From positions 7,236-71,235 of the forward strand of contig PFNQ01000013.1 of the NCBI GenBank assembly GCA_002792115.1: 64,000 nucleotides of DNA, written 5' to 3'. Within the stretch, counting starts at the first letter, position 1. Each line of letters starts with the position of its first letter. The notes under the pieces were generated by a model, which saw only the letters and a list, made by a program, of their open reading frames with translations, was not told where the DNA came from and ran no database searches. The stretch is from Candidatus Woesearchaeota archaeon CG_4_10_14_0_2_um_filter_33_13 (GTDB lineage Archaea; Nanobdellota; Nanobdellia; Woesearchaeales; GW2011-AR9). A program made the translations under genes and the position numbers. Positions 48,610 to 58,986 of this stretch are shown here, in pieces.

Positions 48610-49606
48610 TCTCCCTTTTTAATTCTTGACCATTAATATTTTTTAAATCAACCCCTTTTTGTGCAACAACCTTTGAAGCAAGCAAAGAACCCAATCTTCC
48701 TGCTTTTTCTAAATGCCAATTGTTGCAGTAACCATAAAGAAATCCAGCTGCGTAACTATCTCCTGCTCCCGTGGTGTCAATACATTGTGCTGGGAAGCAC
48801 GGGATTTTTGTAATAACTTCATTATAATAAATTAGTGATCCTTCTTTACCTATTTTCACGATTGCAATTTTACAATGTTTGCCTAATTCTTTAGCTGCTT
48901 CTGCTTCTTCCAAACCAGTAAACTCTTTTGCTTCTTTTTCATTAACAAAAACTATGTCTGCATGTTTCATTACTAATTCTTTGAGGAATTCTTTGTTTCT
49001 TCTAATTAATCCGGGATCTGCTAAATCAATAGAAACTAAAGTGTTATGCTTTTTTGCTAAAGCAATTGCGTGAAGAAGAGTTTCTCTAGTTGGTCCTTCT
49101 ATTTGATATCCTTCTAAGTGTAATACTTTACTTTTTTGAATATCTTCCTCTAAAACATCTTCTTTTTTTAATTGGATTGCTGCTCCCAAATGTACTGAAA
49201 AAGTTCTTTCAGAATCTGGAGTGATAAAAGTTAGTGCATGGCCTGTTATTGAAGAGTGTTTATTGATTCTTGCAATAACTCCATGTTTTTCAATCTCTTG
49301 CACATAGATCTCTCCATGTTTATCGTTTCCAACTTTTCCACAAAGTAAAGCGTTTCCACCTAATAAAGCAATTCCTTTCAATGTATTTGCAGAACTGCCT
49401 CCAGGTATGGCCTCTATCTTTAGTTGTTGTTGATTGATTTTTTCTAGAATAAGTTTAGCCTTTTCTTCTTCTACTAAATGCATCTCTCCCTTCTTTAAAT
49501 CAAATTCTAACAATTTATTATCTTCTACTTCAATCAAGAGATCCATCAAAGCATTTCCTAAACCAATTACATCGTTTGTTTTTATGGCTGTATTTTCTTC
49601 CATCAT
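48596..49606 (-). CDS. PfkB-family kinase (adenosine/ribo-kinase-like)
   Basis: DTTGAGDSYAAGFLYG motif; context between MTAP and SAHH. Confidence 0.7.
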   Translation of the reverse strand: MMEENTAIKTNDVIGLGNALMDLLIEVEDNKLLEFDLKKGEMHLVEEEKAKLILEKINQQQLKIEAIPGGSSANTLKGIALLGGNALLCGKVGNDKHGEIYVQEIEKHGVIARINKHSSITGHALTFITPDSERTFSVHLGAAIQLKKEDVLEEDIQKSKVLHLEGYQIEGPTRETLLHAIALAKKHNTLVSIDLADPGLIRRNKEFLKELVMKHADIVFVNEKEAKEFTGLEEAEAAKELGKHCKIAIVKIGKEGSLIYYNEVITKIPCFPAQCIDTTGAGDSYAAGFLYGYCNNWHLEKAGRLGSLLASKVVAQKGVDLKNINGQELKREIAHD

Positions 49607-49607
49607 T

Positions 49608-51068
49608 TTAATATCTGTAATGGTCCGCTTTGTACGGGCCTTCTTTTTTAATTCCCAAATAAGCAGCTTGTTTATCAGTTAACTCATCCATCTGTACTCC
49701 CAATTTCTTTAGATGTAACCTGGCAACTTCTTCATCTAACGCTTTTGGTAACATATGAACTCCAAGTGCGTATTTCTTATTCCACAATTCTAACTGTGCT
49801 AAAACTTGATTAGTAAAGCTTGCCGACATCACAAAACTAGGATGTCCAGTAGCACAACCTAAATTAACTAATCTTCCTTCTGCAAGAACATAAAGCTCTT
49901 TTCCGTTCGGGAAAACATATTTATCATATTGTGGCTTAATCTGTTCTTTCTTTGCACCAGACTTTTTGTTCAACCAGCCCATATCAATCTCATTGTCAAA
50001 ATGACCAATATTACAAACAATAGCCTGATCTTTCATAGCCAAGAAATGCTTTTCTACGATTATATCGGTGTTTCCGGTGGTAGTCACAAAAATGTCTCCC
50101 TCTTTAATTGCATCATCCATTCTCTTTACTTCGTAACCTTCCATCGTAGCCTGAAGAGCATTGATTGGGTCTATTTCTGTAATTAAAACTCTGCATCCAT
50201 ATCCTTTTAAAGATTGGGCACAACCTTTTCCAACATCACCGTAGCCAGCAACGACTGCAATTTTTCCTGCCAACATTACATCGGTTGCTCTTTTGATGCC
50301 ATCTACTAAAGATTCTCTACAACCATAGAGATTATCAAATTTTGATTTCGTAACGGAATCATTAACATTAATTGCTGGAAACAACAATTTTTTCTCTGTA
50401 GCCATTTGATACAAACGATGTACTCCCGTAGTTGTTTCTTCAGAAACTCCTTTGACCTCTTTAGCCACTCTGGTCCAAATATTTTGATTTTTTGCATAAA
50501 GTTCTTTGAGGATGTTCATTAACTCCTGAAAATCTTCTCCTTCTTGGGAATAATCTTTTTCTAGAACCGAAGAATTTTCTTCAATTTCAACACCTTTATG
50601 AATCATTAACGTAGCGTCTCCACCATCATCAACAATTATTTGTGGCCCTTGCCAGTCTCCAAAATCTAGTGCTTTCATTGTGCACCACCAATATTCCTTA
50701 AGCGATTCACCCTTCCAAGCAAAGACCGGAATGCCAGCAGCAGCTATTGCGGCAGCTGCATGATCTTGAGTGGAGAATATATTACAACTGCACCACCTTA
50801 CATCTGCACCCAGTTCTTTTAATGTTTCAATTAACACTGCCGTTTGAATGGTCATATGTAAAGAACCGGTAATTCTTGCTCCTTGTAACGGTTTTTGATC
50901 TTTAAACTTTTCTCTTAAAGCCATTAATCCTGGCATTTCTTTCTCTGCAATCTGAATTTCTTTTCTGCCCCATTCAGCTAAAAAAATATCTTTAACTTTG
51001 TAATCATTATTTTTTGTTTGTTCCATTAAAAACACCCCATCGTTTAAGTTAATATTTTCACGAAACAT
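49608..51068 (-). CDS. ahcY: S-adenosyl-L-homocysteine hydrolase (long form)
   Basis: NAD-binding [10 protein letters not shown], overall SAHH pattern; 486 aa. Confidence 0.9.
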   Translation of the reverse strand: MFRENINLNDGVFLMEQTKNNDYKVKDIFLAEWGRKEIQIAEKEMPGLMALREKFKDQKPLQGARITGSLHMTIQTAVLIETLKELGADVRWCSCNIFSTQDHAAAAIAAAGIPVFAWKGESLKEYWWCTMKALDFGDWQGPQIIVDDGGDATLMIHKGVEIEENSSVLEKDYSQEGEDFQELMNILKELYAKNQNIWTRVAKEVKGVSEETTTGVHRLYQMATEKKLLFPAINVNDSVTKSKFDNLYGCRESLVDGIKRATDVMLAGKIAVVAGYGDVGKGCAQSLKGYGCRVLITEIDPINALQATMEGYEVKRMDDAIKEGDIFVTTTGNTDIIVEKHFLAMKDQAIVCNIGHFDNEIDMGWLNKKSGAKKEQIKPQYDKYVFPNGKELYVLAEGRLVNLGCATGHPSFVMSASFTNQVLAQLELWNKKYALGVHMLPKALDEEVARLHLKKLGVQMDELTDKQAAYLGIKKEGPYKADHYRY

Positions 51069-51079
51069 AATATATATAA

Positions 51080-52399
51080 ATGTTTAGAAATTATAGTCCT
51101 ACTATGGTTAAAGTTGGAGACAAGATTAAAGTATTAACAGAAAGTGGAGAAGAGCAAGGTATAATGATGCCTAGTCCTGATCTTGATGTAGTTATCATCA
51201 AATTATCTAATGGTTACAACATTGGTTTTGATAAAAAAAATATTAAAAAAACAACGTTAATTGAAGAGTTAAAACCTATTTCTAAGGAAAAAAAAGAAAT
51301 AGTCTCTCCAAAAGACGGGTTAAAAACAATTTCAATTTTACATTGCGGTGGAACAATTGCTAGCAAGGTTGATTATCAAACCGGGGCAGTTAAAGCACAG
51401 TTTTCTCCTGAAGAATTATTGGAAATGTTTCCAGAATTAAGTACAATTGTTAATTTACGTAGCAAACTGATTTCTAATATGCTATCGGAAAATATGGTTT
51501 TTGCTCATTACAATCTTATCGCTAAAGAAATTGAAAAAGAAATCAAGGCCGGGTCGCAAGGAATTATTTTGACTCATGGCACAGATACACTTCACTATAC
51601 TGCTGCAGCACTATCCTTTATTTTAGAAGGATTAAATGTTCCTGTATTGTTGGTTGGAGCACAAAGAAGTTCTGATCGTGGTAGTAGTGATGCATTTATG
51701 AACCTTAGATGTGCAGCCCATTTTATTGCACAAACTAATTTTGCTGAAGTGGCTATTTGTATGCATGCATCGGCAGGAGATGAGCAATGTGCGATTATTT
51801 CCGGTACACGGGCTAGAAAATTACATTCTTCTCGTCGAGACGCGTTTAAATCAATCAATTCTGATCCTTTTGCATTTATTGATAACAACGGCAAAGTGGA
51901 GTGGCAAAGAAAAGATTTTGCAGTAACAGCAAAAAGAGATCTTAAATTAAAGTTGATGCATGAAAAAATTAGGGTTGGCATCTTACGTTCACATCCACAA
52001 ATGTATCATGAAGAGATAGAGTTTTATGAAAAGTTTGATGGATTAATCTTGGAAGGAACAGGCCTAGGTCATTTTCCGGTAGAGAAATACGATCCATTTA
52101 CTGGTGAAAATGAAGTTATTTATCACGCACTTGGTAAATTAGCAAAAAAAATGCCTGTTGTAATGACTTTACAGACTATTTTTGGTGGGGTTAATATGAA
52201 TGTGTATACTCCTGGAAGAATGTTACAATCTGTTGGTATTTTAGGTAATGGTTTTGATATTACTGTTGAAACGGCTTTCATTAAGTTGGCTTGGTTACTA
52301 AGTAACTATGAAAGGAAAGACATAAAAGACCTATGGTCAAAAAATTTCCGAGGAGAGTTTTCAAAAACTGTTGGTTACCAACCAAACTTTTTAAAATAA
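51080..52399 (+). CDS. gatD: Glu-tRNA(Gln) amidotransferase subunit D (asparaginase-like)
   Basis: GatD N-terminal domain then asparaginase motifs [20 protein letters not shown]. Confidence 0.85.
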   Translation: MFRNYSPTMVKVGDKIKVLTESGEEQGIMMPSPDLDVVIIKLSNGYNIGFDKKNIKKTTLIEELKPISKEKKEIVSPKDGLKTISILHCGGTIASKVDYQTGAVKAQFSPEELLEMFPELSTIVNLRSKLISNMLSENMVFAHYNLIAKEIEKEIKAGSQGIILTHGTDTLHYTAAALSFILEGLNVPVLLVGAQRSSDRGSSDAFMNLRCAAHFIAQTNFAEVAICMHASAGDEQCAIISGTRARKLHSSRRDAFKSINSDPFAFIDNNGKVEWQRKDFAVTAKRDLKLKLMHEKIRVGILRSHPQMYHEEIEFYEKFDGLILEGTGLGHFPVEKYDPFTGENEVIYHALGKLAKKMPVVMTLQTIFGGVNMNVYTPGRMLQSVGILGNGFDITVETAFIKLAWLLSNYERKDIKDLWSKNFRGEFSKTVGYQPNFLK

Positions 52400-52452
52400 T
52401 ATTACTCATTTAAATTTAAATACTTAATTGACAAAGAAAAGAGGGAAATAAA

Positions 52453-52716
52453 ATGAAAAAAGTAATTGGTGTGATGTTTGTCTTATTAACTTTTTTAATA
52501 GTTGGTTGTTCTAGTGTTGATGAAGAATTAGTTTGTACTAAAGATGTTGATTGTGTCCCTAATCAATGTTGTCATGCTGACGGGGCATTAAATAAAGAGT
52601 TTGGACCAAATTGTTTAGGGCAACTTTGTACAATGGAATGCGTTCCCGGAACGATTGACTGTGGCCAAGGTGAGATTAAATGTTTAAATGAGCAGTGCCA
52701 AGTTGTGTTTAAATAA
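52453..52716 (+). CDS. Small secreted Cys-rich (lipo)protein
   Basis: Signal peptide ending LIVGC (lipobox-like) and 13 Cys in ~65 aa mature region. Confidence 0.45.
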   Translation: MKKVIGVMFVLLTFLIVGCSSVDEELVCTKDVDCVPNQCCHADGALNKEFGPNCLGQLCTMECVPGTIDCGQGEIKCLNEQCQVVFK

Positions 52717-52795
52717 ACCAATTTTTTGTCAAGTGTTTCATTTTTCTTATTTTTGTGTCAAAGGATATATATCTCCCTTTTAGTTACTAATTATT

Positions 52796-53050
52796 ATGGC
52801 ATTATTAGACTTGGATTTACCTGATCTGGAAGTTCCTTTAGAGATTATCATTGATCAAGAAAGGAGAAGGAGGGAACGTCCTTCTGAAGGTGTACCTTTA
52901 TATCTTCCAGTTCCAGATTATTTTCCTATCCCTAAAGATCAAAGAGATGATCATCCATCATCGCGGGGAGTGTTGATTATTGATCCAGAAGATTCAGATC
53001 GAGGATCTGGTGTGGTAATAGAAATGTCTGGTCAAAAATATTTCTCTTAA
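52796..53050 (+). CDS. Hypothetical acidic protein
   Basis: ORF only. Confidence 0.2.
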   Translation: MALLDLDLPDLEVPLEIIIDQERRRRERPSEGVPLYLPVPDYFPIPKDQRDDHPSSRGVLIIDPEDSDRGSGVVIEMSGQKYFS

Positions 53051-53060
53051 TTTTCTTAAC

Positions 53061-53714
53061 TTATTTTAATTCTTGTTCTATTCTTAATTCTTCCCTTCTA
53101 AGCTCTACAAAACCAAGACCTATTCTTTTTAACTCTTTTAGATCTGTTGTTTCCTGTTCAAAGATTTGATGATATATCGCAGATACAATACAATAATGAA
53201 CCATCGCGTCCATCCAAAATGTAAAAGCATTGCGTTGTAATGGTTCAGAGCTAGTTTCATGCCAATTTTTAAATGTTTTATATTCTAACAAGAAATCATT
53301 TGGATCAGAATACATTTGTGGTAAATAATCAGAGATTATCTGTGTCACTGCTGGTTCCGCTAGGGTAATTACTGCACCCAAATTTTCTCCTACCCTAAAT
53401 TTGTGATATCTTGCTAATTCAAATGCAATCGCTGCATAGGTCATCGGAAATTCATTTTTAGTAAACTCCTTTGAATCAGAAACATAAAAATCTGAGATAA
53501 TTTCTTCTTCATCAAGAGGATCGAATAATGTTTGTTTAGTTTGTAGGATAGTTTTTTCAAGTTTACTTCCTTTGATTGCAGAACCATCTCTAATTGCGTT
53601 GTATAAAACATCAACTGTGGCGCGTATTCCTTCTAAATGTTCATGCAATTGTAATGTGTATTCTTCTAGTGCAGTAACCATAATTACCTGTTTTTTGTAT
53701 TTTATTATAAACAT
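53061..53714 (-). CDS. Hypothetical protein
   Basis: ORF only. Confidence 0.3.
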   Translation of the reverse strand: MFIIKYKKQVIMVTALEEYTLQLHEHLEGIRATVDVLYNAIRDGSAIKGSKLEKTILQTKQTLFDPLDEEEIISDFYVSDSKEFTKNEFPMTYAAIAFELARYHKFRVGENLGAVITLAEPAVTQIISDYLPQMYSDPNDFLLEYKTFKNWHETSSEPLQRNAFTFWMDAMVHYCIVSAIYHQIFEQETTDLKELKRIGLGFVELRREELRIEQELK

Positions 53715-53866
53715 TTGTTGACTGAGAAAACTATCTTTGACTAGTCATTTAATTATTAAGACTTAATGATCTCAACAAATTGAATGTTTAGTTGTAATTT
53801 TAAACTAAAGGTTTATTTATCAGTTTTTGTTATGGCCATTCTATTAATAAAAAAGGTGTATTAAAG

Positions 53867-54499
53867 ATGGAATACTTAGAATTAATCTTACGTTTTATAC
53901 TTACATTTGTTGCTGCTCTTTTATTTGGTTTAGAAAGACAACGGTCACACAAACCAATTGGTTTTGGTACATTTATTTTTGTATCTATTGGTGCATGTGC
54001 ATTATCAATTGTTGCTGTTATTATTGTTCCGGAAAATCCTCTGCCATTACTTGGTGCGATTGTAACCGGAATTGGTTTCTTAGGAGCTGGCGCGTTAATT
54101 AAAACAACAGATAAAATTTTTGGGTTTACCACTGCAGCAGCTATTTGGTCTTTCGCCATTTTAGGTTTGATTATTGGAGTTGGCCAATATTTTATTGCTG
54201 GATTAGTCTATTTTTTTATCTGGATAATAATTATAGTAGACAATATTCTAAAAAAAAAGGGCATTGGTTCTTATCAACGTAGAATGATTCTCACTACTAA
54301 CAAGATTATCAACAATAACCATATTAAGGAAGTTTTTGATAAAAATTTTGTTACTTACAAAGTAATTGAATACTTCATTGATCGCACAGCTAAGACTCTT
54401 TCTTTTACTTTATTGGTAGAAGGGAGGAAAGAAAATATTAATCATCTGCCACAAGACTTATTGAAAGAAGAATGGCTTAATACTTGTAGGATTGAATAA
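53867..54499 (+). CDS. MgtC/SapB-family membrane protein
   Basis: AALLFGLERQRSHKPIGFGTFIFVSIGACAL matches MgtC domain. Confidence 0.7.
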   Translation: MEYLELILRFILTFVAALLFGLERQRSHKPIGFGTFIFVSIGACALSIVAVIIVPENPLPLLGAIVTGIGFLGAGALIKTTDKIFGFTTAAAIWSFAILGLIIGVGQYFIAGLVYFFIWIIIIVDNILKKKGIGSYQRRMILTTNKIINNNHIKEVFDKNFVTYKVIEYFIDRTAKTLSFTLLVEGRKENINHLPQDLLKEEWLNTCRIE

Positions 54500-54504
54500 T
54501 TCAT

Positions 54505-55224
54505 CTATTTGTCTTCATTAACTTCATAATAAAGACGATCTAATTCTACTTTAACATTACTCATTGCTCGACCAAGCCCTTTCAACCTTAATGTACATTC
54601 CTCTTTGAATGCAGCCCCATATTTTGATAAGACAAATAGTCCTAGCCCTCCAACTAAAGATATCCCTATATTCGTTAATGCTGGAGCCAATTCCCATTCG
54701 GTACAACAGCTATAAGTTGTATATCCTCCAGCATAAGCGACAGATAATTTTGCAGAAAGGCCGAAAAATGTTTCCGTTGCTTTTGCTCCCCACTTCATGT
54801 TGTCAAGTTCAGTCTCTTGTTGTTTCATTGCCCTTAATCTTTCTTCCAACTGATCTATTCTGTCCATCCTTTTTTGATTTGGTTTATAATCTCTTGTAGA
54901 AGGGCCTTTTGCAGTAGTTTTGGAGCGATTAGCGCGTTGTTCCCAGAATGCGTTGTCTCTAGCCTCAAACTCTTCAACTGACATCCGTATAATCTCTAAT
55001 AAAGATAATGGTTGATATTCACGGGAAAGATCATATACTGTTTTTTTCCTGTCGTCTCCTAATACCTCATATGCTTCATTGAGTTCTATTAGTATTGCTT
55101 CAGATTGAGGATTATTTGGATCTCTATCCGGATGATATTGTAAGGCTAATCTTCGATAAGCTGATTTAATCTCTGCATGTGTTGCTGATGGATCAACTTC
55201 AAGAGTAGTGTAATAATCTTTCAT
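54505..55224 (-). CDS. J-domain (DnaJ-like) protein with C-terminal membrane segment
   Basis: N-terminal J domain with HPD (YYTTLEV...YRRLALQYHPDR); hydrophobic segment LTNIGISLVGGLGLFVLS. Confidence 0.75.
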   Translation of the reverse strand: MKDYYTTLEVDPSATHAEIKSAYRRLALQYHPDRDPNNPQSEAILIELNEAYEVLGDDRKKTVYDLSREYQPLSLLEIIRMSVEEFEARDNAFWEQRANRSKTTAKGPSTRDYKPNQKRMDRIDQLEERLRAMKQQETELDNMKWGAKATETFFGLSAKLSVAYAGGYTTYSCCTEWELAPALTNIGISLVGGLGLFVLSKYGAAFKEECTLRLKGLGRAMSNVKVELDRLYYEVNEDK

Positions 55225-55312
55225 TTTGGGATTCTCGGGGGGGAGTTTATAAATTTTTTGACAAGGAACTATTGCAGGGGAGTAACATAATGGTTAAATC
55301 AGGTAGTTAATT

Positions 55313-55320
55313 TTTTAAAT
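55313..55320 (+). promoter_or_regulatory. TATA box of tRNA-Leu promoter
   Basis: TTTTAAAT centred ~28 nt upstream of tRNA 5' end. Confidence 0.5.
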
Positions 55321-55343
55321 CACCCTCTTATCCCAACTTTCAT

Positions 55344-55441
55344 GCGAGGGTTGGAGAGCGGTCAAATCCGCTACCTTGAGGTTATTAAAGCAAAAGGGTA
55401 GTCCCTTAGTGGGTACGCGTGTTCAAATCACGTCCCTCGCA
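55344..55441 (+). tRNA. tRNA-Leu (anticodon probably GAG) with ~14-nt intron 3' of position 37
   Basis: Acceptor GCGAGGG/CCCTCGC, T-arm GCGTG-TTCAAAT-CACGT, 3-bp D-stem with long D-loop, variable arm CCC/GGG, anticodon stem CTACC/GGTAG interrupted by TTATTAAAGCAAAA; no encoded CCA; followed by T6. Confidence 0.7.
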
Positions 55442-55448
55442 TTTTTTC
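55442..55448 (+). terminator. Oligo-T archaeal terminator after tRNA
   Basis: TTTTTT directly after discriminator base. Confidence 0.4.
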
Positions 55449-55681
55449 ATGTACTTTTCAAGAAAGATTTTTATATTCCAACAAATTAATTAATTTTAAT
55501 GAAACAAATTCAATTCAACGCTTTTGGTTTTAGCTTTTTCTAGACTTAAATTTCAATCAAGATAAATTCTCTTTTTGCTTGGATCCGAAAAATCTTTTGC
55601 GTCGGGGATGAAACTTGATTGCATGGCAAACAACAACCCAACATCTTTATTCTTATTTTAATCAAGGTAATGGAGGATAAA

Positions 55682-55942
55682 ATGAAAATTATAGTTCAAA
55701 TCTTAAATTTATTATTCTTGCCTAACTGTCCAAAGGAAGAAGCGGAAAGACCTGACTACTTCAAACAATGGGTTCGAACAAAATACGGAGTTTATCGAAA
55801 AGTAGAAGAACAACTTTTGTTAAATCCCGGTGACCTTGTTCTTTGCAGAAGCTATGCAAAACTTGAAGCTCAGATCAGAAATCGTTTCCCTAATGAATTA
55901 AGGGACAAGAATCTTGAAGAAGTTGTTATAAACTACCTTTAA
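55682..55942 (+). CDS. Hypothetical small protein
   Basis: ORF with GGAGG SD 7 nt upstream of ATG at 55682 (track start 55619 probably too long). Confidence 0.35.
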   Translation: MKIIVQILNLLFLPNCPKEEAERPDYFKQWVRTKYGVYRKVEEQLLLNPGDLVLCRSYAKLEAQIRNRFPNELRDKNLEEVVINYL

Positions 55943-56008
55943 TTCTTATTTTTTTATTTCTTTTCCCTCACCCAAACATATTTAAACAACTAAATTCTTT
56001 GCTTCTCC

Positions 56009-56815
56009 ATGGAATCCACTTGGCAAATAACTCAAGAAACAAAAGTTTTACCGAAATTAAACAAACCCATTTTTATTGAAGGTTTACCTGGAATTGGAAA
56101 TGTTGGTAAGATTGCAGTTGATTATCTTGTTGAAGGGTTAAAAGCAAAGAGAATATATTCTTTTTTTTCTTACAAATTTCCCCATTCTGTTTTTGTTTCA
56201 GAAAAAAATTTAATAGAAATGCCCCGGATTGAAATTTTTTACAAAAAATCTACCGGCAAGGGAAGAGACTTTTTATTTTTAGTCGGGGACATTCAACCAA
56301 TTGATGAAGACAGTTGTTACTCTTTTTGTAATGAAATTTTAACTATCATAAAACAGTACAATTGTTCGGAGGTAATAACTACCGGCGGGATTGGTTTACA
56401 AACTATTCCAGATACCCCCAAAATATATTGTACTAGTAACGATGCTGAACTCTTAAAACAATATCACCAAAAAAGCAAGATTCTAGAAAAAGAAATATTT
56501 GGTGTAGTTGGTCCAATTGTTGGTGTTTCCGGAGTATTGTTGGGATTTGGTCAAAGGCAAGGAGTTAAAGGTGTTGCTTTACTAGCAGAGACTTATGGTC
56601 ATCCATTATATTTGGGAATAAAAGGGGCTAAAGAAATATTAAAAATCATTGATAAAAGATTTTCTTTAAAGATTAATCTGCAAAAAGTTGATAAAGATAT
56701 TCTTAGTTTGGAAAAAGAATTGTTAAAGAAGACTGCTGAGCTTTCCTCTGAGATATTGCATTCAACATCAGCTGGTGCAAAAGCAAGAGATAAAGATGTT
56801 AATTATATTGGTTAA
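56009..56815 (+). CDS. PAC2-family proteasome assembly chaperone homologue (PbaA/PbaB-like)
   Basis: IFIEGLPGIGNVGKIAVDYL N-terminal signature of archaeal PAC2 proteins. Confidence 0.7.
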   Translation: MESTWQITQETKVLPKLNKPIFIEGLPGIGNVGKIAVDYLVEGLKAKRIYSFFSYKFPHSVFVSEKNLIEMPRIEIFYKKSTGKGRDFLFLVGDIQPIDEDSCYSFCNEILTIIKQYNCSEVITTGGIGLQTIPDTPKIYCTSNDAELLKQYHQKSKILEKEIFGVVGPIVGVSGVLLGFGQRQGVKGVALLAETYGHPLYLGIKGAKEILKIIDKRFSLKINLQKVDKDILSLEKELLKKTAELSSEILHSTSAGAKARDKDVNYIG

Positions 56816-56954
56816 ATGCAATCCTACATTTTTTTAATTAAAACTCACACTTCTCAATTTAGCAAACTTAATGTATTTATTTGTTTTTTTAAGACGACAT
56901 TCTTCAAGTTAAGGTAACACAAGCTTTATAAATAAATATAATATACTTTAATCA

Positions 56955-58955
56955 ATGCCAAAAAAGAGGTTGGGATGTGGTTTATTTAGTTTTCTTCCTA
57001 TTAGCTCAGGCTCTGGGCGAAGCTCTAAAAGAGGGCAAATCACTGTTTTTATTATTCTGGGCATTTTAATGTTGTTGGCATTGGTTTTAGTTATCGCTTT
57101 AAAATCAGAAATTTTTGCTTTTAAAACGGATGAAATCGCTCCTACAGAAAAAGGCAAAGTTGAAAATTATATTGTTGCGTGTATGGATAGACTTGGAGAA
57201 GAAGCTTTATTTAAAATTGGTCTTCAAAGCGGATACATTGAAGTACCTACCCAAATTGCTAAAGATAATCAACAAAGTTTGAGACTTTCTCCTATGAATG
57301 TAGTTCCCTATTGGGCGGTTGGGCCAAATATCTTTGTTCCCTCATTACAAGAGATAAAAGAACGGATTGATCTTTACATGGAAGAAAATATGCGCGATTG
57401 TCTTTTCTCTACTCAAGCTTTTACAGAACAATACGACCTAATCGAGAAAAGTGAAATTACTGCAGATACAAATATTGCTGAGAATCAAGTTATCTTTAAT
57501 ATTCATTGGGACATTGAAGTTAATAATAAAGCAGGAGAAGTTGTTAGTGAAGTTATCAACCATATTACTGAGTCTCCTGTGAAATTAAAGAAAGTTTATA
57601 CTATGGCAGTAAAGATTCTTGAGAATGAGATGCAATCATTAAAGGTGGAAGATATTACTCAAGACCTTATTGCTTTAGAACATCCTAAAGTGCCGGTAGC
57701 TGGAATTGAATTAAGATGTAGTAAAAAAACATGGGATGTTAAAGAAGCGGAGAGTACTTTGCTAAAGATGTTACGTATCAACATCCGAGAATTAAAAATT
57801 AAAGGGACCGATTTTTTAGAGTTTCCTGAAGAATTACCTTACTATGATAATCATTATGTTTGGGACATTGGAGAAGATATTTCTGAAAGAAAAGTTAGTG
57901 TAATGTTTAACTTTGATGAGACTTATCCACATGTTTTTGCAGTTACTCCTTTATCCGGCACAAAAATGGCTAGTTCTCAATTAGGTGGTACTGATCAAAT
58001 TTCTTTCTTATGTATTCAAACGTGGAAATTTACTTACGATTTGGTTTACCCGGTACTGGTAAGAGTGAGGGATGAAACAACCAATTATGAATTTAATATG
58101 GCCTTTACAGTTCATTTAATTCAGAACACTCCTAACAAAGGCGATCCTGTCGCTAGAGCTTCGTTGCAATTTCCTACAATAAATGCTGATGGGTATTGTA
58201 CTTCTGCTAATGTTCCAATGAGTATAAAAACTTATGAACTAGTAGAAAATGGTGAGGGAGTAAGTTATAACGAAGATTTGGGAGATGTTAACCTCAGCTT
58301 TACTTGTTTAAGATACAAATGTGACTTGGGCCAAAGTAAATACGACTACGCAGGTTTGGGTTTCTCTGGAATAAGTTTGAATGTGCCGTATTGTGTTGGA
58401 GGAATTTTAAGGGGAACTAAACCAGGATATAAAGAATCTTGGCAGAGAGTAGTTACAACGGCCGGCAAGGAAGCCGAGTTAAGCTTGACTCCAGTTATTA
58501 ATATTCCTCTCAATAAAATTAAGGTGGTTAAACATGATTTTACTGAAGTTAATGGAGTTAAAAATATTGGTCCTGCTCAAGAAGGTGCAGTTGAGGAGAC
58601 TACATTAATCAAACTTAAGTTTATTAAATCAAATCTTACCGAAACAAATTTAGAACATGAGGCTACTGTTGCAGTATCAAAACAGATGGACAAAAAAATA
58701 TTTGAAGAAGAGAAATTAGAATTGTTGGCTAAAGCCGATTTTACCTATTATTTGGAAGTGATGGTTTTCAGAGAAGAAGAGTTTATTGGAGGATATAAAG
58801 GTGAAGTAACCTTACCTTGGAGCCAATTAAAAGATGCTAGTCAATTAATCTTCCACATTTTATCCAGTAAAACAACTAATGAGGAAGAAATGTTTGCATT
58901 TATGACAAACATTGAAGAGCTGAGCAAAGAAATACCTGCTTTAGAAATAAAATAA
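56955..58955 (+). CDS. Membrane-anchored (signal-anchor) 666-aa protein of unknown function
   Basis: Basic N-term then TM (ITVFIILGILMLLALVLVIAL), large extracytoplasmic domain; TATA-like 25 nt upstream; 31 bp before giant ORF. Confidence 0.5.
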   Translation: MPKKRLGCGLFSFLPISSGSGRSSKRGQITVFIILGILMLLALVLVIALKSEIFAFKTDEIAPTEKGKVENYIVACMDRLGEEALFKIGLQSGYIEVPTQIAKDNQQSLRLSPMNVVPYWAVGPNIFVPSLQEIKERIDLYMEENMRDCLFSTQAFTEQYDLIEKSEITADTNIAENQVIFNIHWDIEVNNKAGEVVSEVINHITESPVKLKKVYTMAVKILENEMQSLKVEDITQDLIALEHPKVPVAGIELRCSKKTWDVKEAESTLLKMLRINIRELKIKGTDFLEFPEELPYYDNHYVWDIGEDISERKVSVMFNFDETYPHVFAVTPLSGTKMASSQLGGTDQISFLCIQTWKFTYDLVYPVLVRVRDETTNYEFNMAFTVHLIQNTPNKGDPVARASLQFPTINADGYCTSANVPMSIKTYELVENGEGVSYNEDLGDVNLSFTCLRYKCDLGQSKYDYAGLGFSGISLNVPYCVGGILRGTKPGYKESWQRVVTTAGKEAELSLTPVINIPLNKIKVVKHDFTEVNGVKNIGPAQEGAVEETTLIKLKFIKSNLTETNLEHEATVAVSKQMDKKIFEEEKLELLAKADFTYYLEVMVFREEEFIGGYKGEVTLPWSQLKDASQLIFHILSSKTTNEEEMFAFMTNIEELSKEIPALEIK

Positions 58956-58986
58956 TTTCAGTTTAAGAAATGATGTATCATTAAAC

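Noticed and set aside
53830-54159. 109-aa minus-strand ORF
   Set aside because: Antisense to the MgtC-family gene, which has a convincing conserved motif.
55344-55441. Possibility that the 98-nt tRNA is an intron-less class II tRNA with an extra-long variable arm
   Set aside because: Without an intron the anticodon stem cannot form (CTACC has no adjacent partner). With a ~14-nt insertion after position 37 all four arms form canonically, so an intron is the simpler explanation.
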